Of a stretch of 51,290 nt of DNA, positions 47,790-51,290 are shown one piece after another. Source of the DNA: Candidatus Woesearchaeota archaeon (lineage in GTDB: Archaea; Nanobdellota; Nanobdellia; SCGC-AAA011-G17; JAGVZF01); assembly GCA_018302805.1 (NCBI GenBank), contig JAGVZD010000001.1, positions 1 to 51,290 on the forward strand, in the 5' to 3' direction. Under the pieces are notes generated by a model. It saw only the letters and a list, made by a program, of their open reading frames with translations. It did not search any database and was not told the origin of the DNA. Position 1 is the first letter of the stretch; each line of letters begins with the position of its first letter. Made by a program: the position numbers and the translations under genes.

Positions 47790-49352
47790 TTAACCTCCAC
47801 AATATCCATAGGGTTCAACGCAAGCTATTTTAAATAATGGAGAGAATATTGGACTACTACCCTGACCTATGCAGCAATCGTCATTGCAATCAATCAAATC
47901 ATTACAGTCATTATCCTTTAAGTCTGTACACATGGTTTGTCCTTGTTCACCTTCTACACCTGGGTTAATAAGACGATCATTGTCATCGCAATCATTACCA
48001 TCAACACATTCAGTGCTACAATATGTATCATTATCAGCATCACAACCTGGGTCACAAGGACCCTGTTTGCAGTTTTCATCAATAATTTCATTACAATTAT
48101 TATCTATCTTATCTCCACAAACTTCTGGGGTATACCAATTTATATTTGGATCGCCGTCATTACAATCTTCACCTGGCCATGGATGTGTATATCCAATTTC
48201 ACAATTCTCTTTACATGAACCATCATTATCTATATCACAACCATCAATACAATCACAAGGGCTTTCATCAGTTTGCTCATTACAATCATTATCCCATTGG
48301 TCTTCGCAGATTTCTCCTAATGGACGGTTTGGAAAACAATAAAAGCCACATTCAGTAACCAGATTATTACAATCTGTTTCTTTACCATTTGGGCAAATTT
48401 GCAATCCTGGATCGCCATAACCATCATTATCCTCATCATTGCACGTTCCACCACCATGAGCAGGACAGCTGTCATCATCATTATCTATTAAAGAATCGCA
48501 ATCATTATCAATTGTATCGATACATTGTTCATCTGTTGTTTCAAATGATGCGGGCGGATGAATAGAATCATCATTGTCCTGGCAATCATCGCCACCACAT
48601 AAAACACCATCAATTGTATCATCATCCCAATCACCATCAGGTATACATAAGGGGTTACCTACACATTTGCCATCGCAATTCGGATCTAATTCATCAGCAC
48701 CATTTTCGCAATCATTATCTAATTCATCAATACATAATTCACAATTATCTTCAGGATCATTATTTGGATGAGCTGCAGCTGATCCATCATTGCAATCTGT
48801 TTCAGCACCGTTGGTACATAAAGCAGAACCAGGATAACCATAACCATCACCATCACCATCAACACAATATACTTGTTCAGTTATATCACCAGAAATAATA
48901 GTTCCTTGATCTTCATGCGTAAGGACTTTACCAGCGATTTTATATGATACTTTTAAATTCCCTTTAAATCTTTGTTTATTTGATAACCCGTCGCAAGGTA
49001 CAAAAAACGGTTTTGAAGCATCAGATTCTATTGAAGGAAGATTTTCTGGATCTGATGAAGTACATATAACTCCTGGTTCAAGACTTTGTATACTTACAAA
49101 AACATCTGTAATAGTTTCTGGTAAAGCATTTGCCAAGATTAAAGAAACTCCTGCTTGAGATACCGAATATTCTTTGCAAATAGGTCCTCCTGGAGGAAGC
49201 ACACATACAGCAGAACCTGTGATTAAAGAAAGTGTGTTATCTCCAATTATCCCGAACTGCCAAAAAGCAGCTAGTGATACTAAAGCAGCTAGAATTGTCC
49301 AACCATAAGTCATTAAAAATTCAAGTGCACTTTGACCCTTTCTGTTAATCAT
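47790..49352 (-). CDS. Class III signal-peptide (pilin-like) protein with Asp/Cys-rich MopE-like metal-binding repeats
   Basis: RKGQSALEFLMTYGW; repeated D.D.DG, DCND and E.C.D..DNDC. Confidence 0.85.
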   Translation of the reverse strand: MINRKGQSALEFLMTYGWTILAALVSLAAFWQFGIIGDNTLSLITGSAVCVLPPGGPICKEYSVSQAGVSLILANALPETITDVFVSIQSLEPGVICTSSDPENLPSIESDASKPFFVPCDGLSNKQRFKGNLKVSYKIAGKVLTHEDQGTIISGDITEQVYCVDGDGDGYGYPGSALCTNGAETDCNDGSAAAHPNNDPEDNCELCIDELDNDCENGADELDPNCDGKCVGNPLCIPDGDWDDDTIDGVLCGGDDCQDNDDSIHPPASFETTDEQCIDTIDNDCDSLIDNDDDSCPAHGGGTCNDEDNDGYGDPGLQICPNGKETDCNNLVTECGFYCFPNRPLGEICEDQWDNDCNEQTDESPCDCIDGCDIDNDGSCKENCEIGYTHPWPGEDCNDGDPNINWYTPEVCGDKIDNNCNEIIDENCKQGPCDPGCDADNDTYCSTECVDGNDCDDNDRLINPGVEGEQGQTMCTDLKDNDCNDLIDCNDDCCIGQGSSPIFSPLFKIACVEPYGYCGG

Positions 49353-49684
49353 TTCTTTTTTGACCTCTTTTTCGGTTTCTTAGAACTATGGATTTTATTG
49401 GATTTTGTCTTAGCTTTAAATAATTTGTTTTTATATTTATAATGCATTGATAAGAATAAAATTATTAAGAAATTATAAATTAGAAGAGGTATGACAATTT
49501 TTGTAATAATATTACTAGTTGTTGGAGGGAACATTACAAAATTACCTGTTATAAAATTCACTCTAGCTGGAATTACTGATCTTTCAATGATATAGTCTTT
49601 AATTACTTTATTCAGAATCAAACTATCTAAGATTATTAGCCAGATTGAGGCCAATATAGTAAATGTCAAGCCCCTCTTTTTCAT
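49349..49684 (-). CDS. Small membrane protein
   Basis: Two hydrophobic segments, Lys-rich tail, ATGA overlap with the downstream gene. Confidence 0.65.
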   Translation of the reverse strand: MKKRGLTFTILASIWLIILDSLILNKVIKDYIIERSVIPARVNFITGNFVMFPPTTSNIITKIVIPLLIYNFLIILFLSMHYKYKNKLFKAKTKSNKIHSSKKPKKRSKKK

Positions 49685-49736
49685 TAGTTTATAAATTCAA
49701 ATTATGTATTTATAAGCTTTTCCATTGTGACGGCTT

Positions 49737-49796
49737 TGCCCGAGAAGTCCATGAAAAGTAAGACTTATCGGGCAGATTAAACACTTTTCGGGCAGA
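49737..49796. promoter_or_regulatory. Inverted plus direct GC-rich repeats between divergent promoters
   Basis: TGCCCGAGAAGTC (49737-49749) / GACTTATCGGGCA (49762-49774) inverted, 12/13 match; ACTTwTCGGGCAGA repeated at 49763 and 49783. Confidence 0.55.
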
Positions 49797-49853
49797 ATTA
49801 GAAATATTTATAAAGTCAAAAATTGGATGTTTTATAGCAGATAGGAGAAAAAT

Positions 49854-51290
49854 ATGAACTCAATACTTTCATTGATTATATCCATTTTGTTAATTCTTAG
49901 TACTAGTTTTAATGTTTCAGCAATTAATACTAATTCAGATGAACTAAAGAATCTCTATGTTGAGAATGAAATATTAGTTAAATTTAAAGAAAGCACAAAT
50001 ATTCATAATGAAATAGAAGCTTTACAAAAAATAAAATCATACAAACTAAAGTATAAATTGATTGATTTAAAACAACTAATTACAAGCACTAAGGATGATA
50101 GTTTAGGACTCACTAGGATATATAAACTAACTTTTTTTAATAAAATTAATATGGAACAAATAGTTCGATTGCTCATGCAATCTGGTGATCTTGAATATGC
50201 TGAACCAAATTATTTACTCCAACTCAGTGCGTCTCCCAATGATCCATACTTTTCTATGCAATGGTATCTCAATAATGTCGGTCAGTGTTATGATTACCCT
50301 ATTTGTTCTCCGAGAACTTCTGATGCAGATATTGATGCGATTGAAGCTTGGGATCTTGAAACTAGCTCAAATATCGTCATTGCTGTTATTGATAGTGGAT
50401 TAAAATTGAATCATCCAGATCTTCAGGGCAATATTTGGGAAAATTTGCTTGAAGTAAATGGTCAGCCAGGTATTGATGATGATTTTAATGGCTTAGTTGA
50501 TGACTTTTATGGATGGAATTATAAAGATAATAATAATCAATTACAAGATAATTTTAATCATGGTACACCAATAGCAGGTATTTATGCCGAAAGAACTAAC
50601 AATCTTCTTGGGGCCTCCGGTATTTGCTCCAATTGCAAGATAATGACTCTAAAAGTCACAGATACTAATTTATTTCCTTTAACTTTTGTAGTATCTTCCA
50701 TTAATTATGCCATTAATAAAAATGCAAAAATCATTAGTATGAGCTTTGCTACACCAAGTCCTTCAGAAACATTTAGAACAGCAATACTTAATGCTCATAA
50801 CGCTGGTATTATCATGGTTGCCAGTGCAAATAATGATAATTCATCAATCCTTAGATATCCTGCAGCATATCCAGAAGTAATTGGTGTTGCTGGTACAACT
50901 GCCCAAGATCTGAAATGGACTTCATCGAACTATGGAACATGGGTGGATATTTCTGCTCCTTCTTTGGATATTTTCTCAATTGATAGGTTGGGAAGTTATG
51001 GATTTAACGATGGTACTTCTTATGCAGCACCTATTGTTGGGGGTGTGGCAGCATTATTATTATCCAAAGATCCAAGTTTAACCAAAGCACAAGTGGAGCA
51101 AATTATATTAAATAGTTGTGATGATATTTATCCATTAAATCCACTTTATATTGGTATGCTTGGATGTGGAAGAGTTAATGCTTATAGAGCATTAATTGGA
51201 ATTCCCGGAACTTTATTAGATGTTGAAGCACATGATGGATATGTTTCAGGACAATCTGATTTAACACCTGGAGGAAGAGTAATAATTGGG
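49854..51290 (+). CDS. S8 subtilase, 3'-truncated by the window edge (absent from the ORF track)
   Basis: AGGAG SD; signal peptide; YAEPNY, PNDPYF, IAVIDSG (Asp at 50391), HGT (50559) and GTSYAAP (51012) all in frame with ATG 49854. Confidence 0.92.
   Translation, partial: MNSILSLIISILLILSTSFNVSAINTNSDELKNLYVENEILVKFKESTNIHNEIEALQKIKSYKLKYKLIDLKQLITSTKDDSLGLTRIYKLTFFNKINMEQIVRLLMQSGDLEYAEPNYLLQLSASPNDPYFSMQWYLNNVGQCYDYPICSPRTSDADIDAIEAWDLETSSNIVIAVIDSGLKLNHPDLQGNIWENLLEVNGQPGIDDDFNGLVDDFYGWNYKDNNNQLQDNFNHGTPIAGIYAERTNNLLGASGICSNCKIMTLKVTDTNLFPLTFVVSSINYAINKNAKIISMSFATPSPSETFRTAILNAHNAGIIMVASANNDNSSILRYPAAYPEVIGVAGTTAQDLKWTSSNYGTWVDISAPSLDIFSIDRLGSYGFNDGTSYAAPIVGGVAALLLSKDPSLTKAQVEQIILNSCDDIYPLNPLYIGMLGCGRVNAYRALIGIPGTLLDVEAHDGYVSGQSDLTPGGRVIIG

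Noticed and set aside
47869..48898. His- or Ser-rich plus-strand ORFs
   Set aside because: They are antisense shadows of the Asp/Cys-rich repeats of the pilin-like gene.
50185..50403. 72-aa plus-strand ORF
   Set aside because: It is an alternative frame inside the S8 protease that starts at 49854 and runs off the window.

Overview
An AT-rich archaeal chromosomal segment, most likely from a DPANN lineage such as Woesearchaeota or Pacearchaeota. The lineage is inferred from rpoN/Rpo10, ABCE1/RLI, Rpp21, Pth2, a class III signal-peptide protein, a stand-alone 5S rRNA, a CCA-less tRNA-Thr and TATA-box promoters. The main signal is a ~16.7 kb minus-strand locus (5999-22699) next to tRNA-Thr(CGT). 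It holds 17 similarly sized genes (232-296 aa) from at least five dissimilar sequence groups, all starting with the same N-terminal tag MPIDxx[LI]xx[LIVM]. They are tightly coupled with a MoxR-type AAA+ ATPase and a VWA-domain protein. Seven of the 17 resemble C-type-lectin/FGE-fold DGR target proteins, and one has a GC-rich VR-like 3' end, but I found no reverse transcriptase or template repeat in the window. A second unusual locus (26703-35775) looks like an RHS/YD protein split into two complementary, separately secreted halves in reversed gene order, with a TPR gene between them and a T9SS-CTD-like protein upstream. The rest is housekeeping and surface/secreted genes: nrdR with tandem NrdR boxes, a frameshifted MgtC-like gene, an HtrA-like protease, two S8 proteases, RlmE and a LAGLIDADG protein. 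All family calls come from motif recognition by eye; no searches were run.
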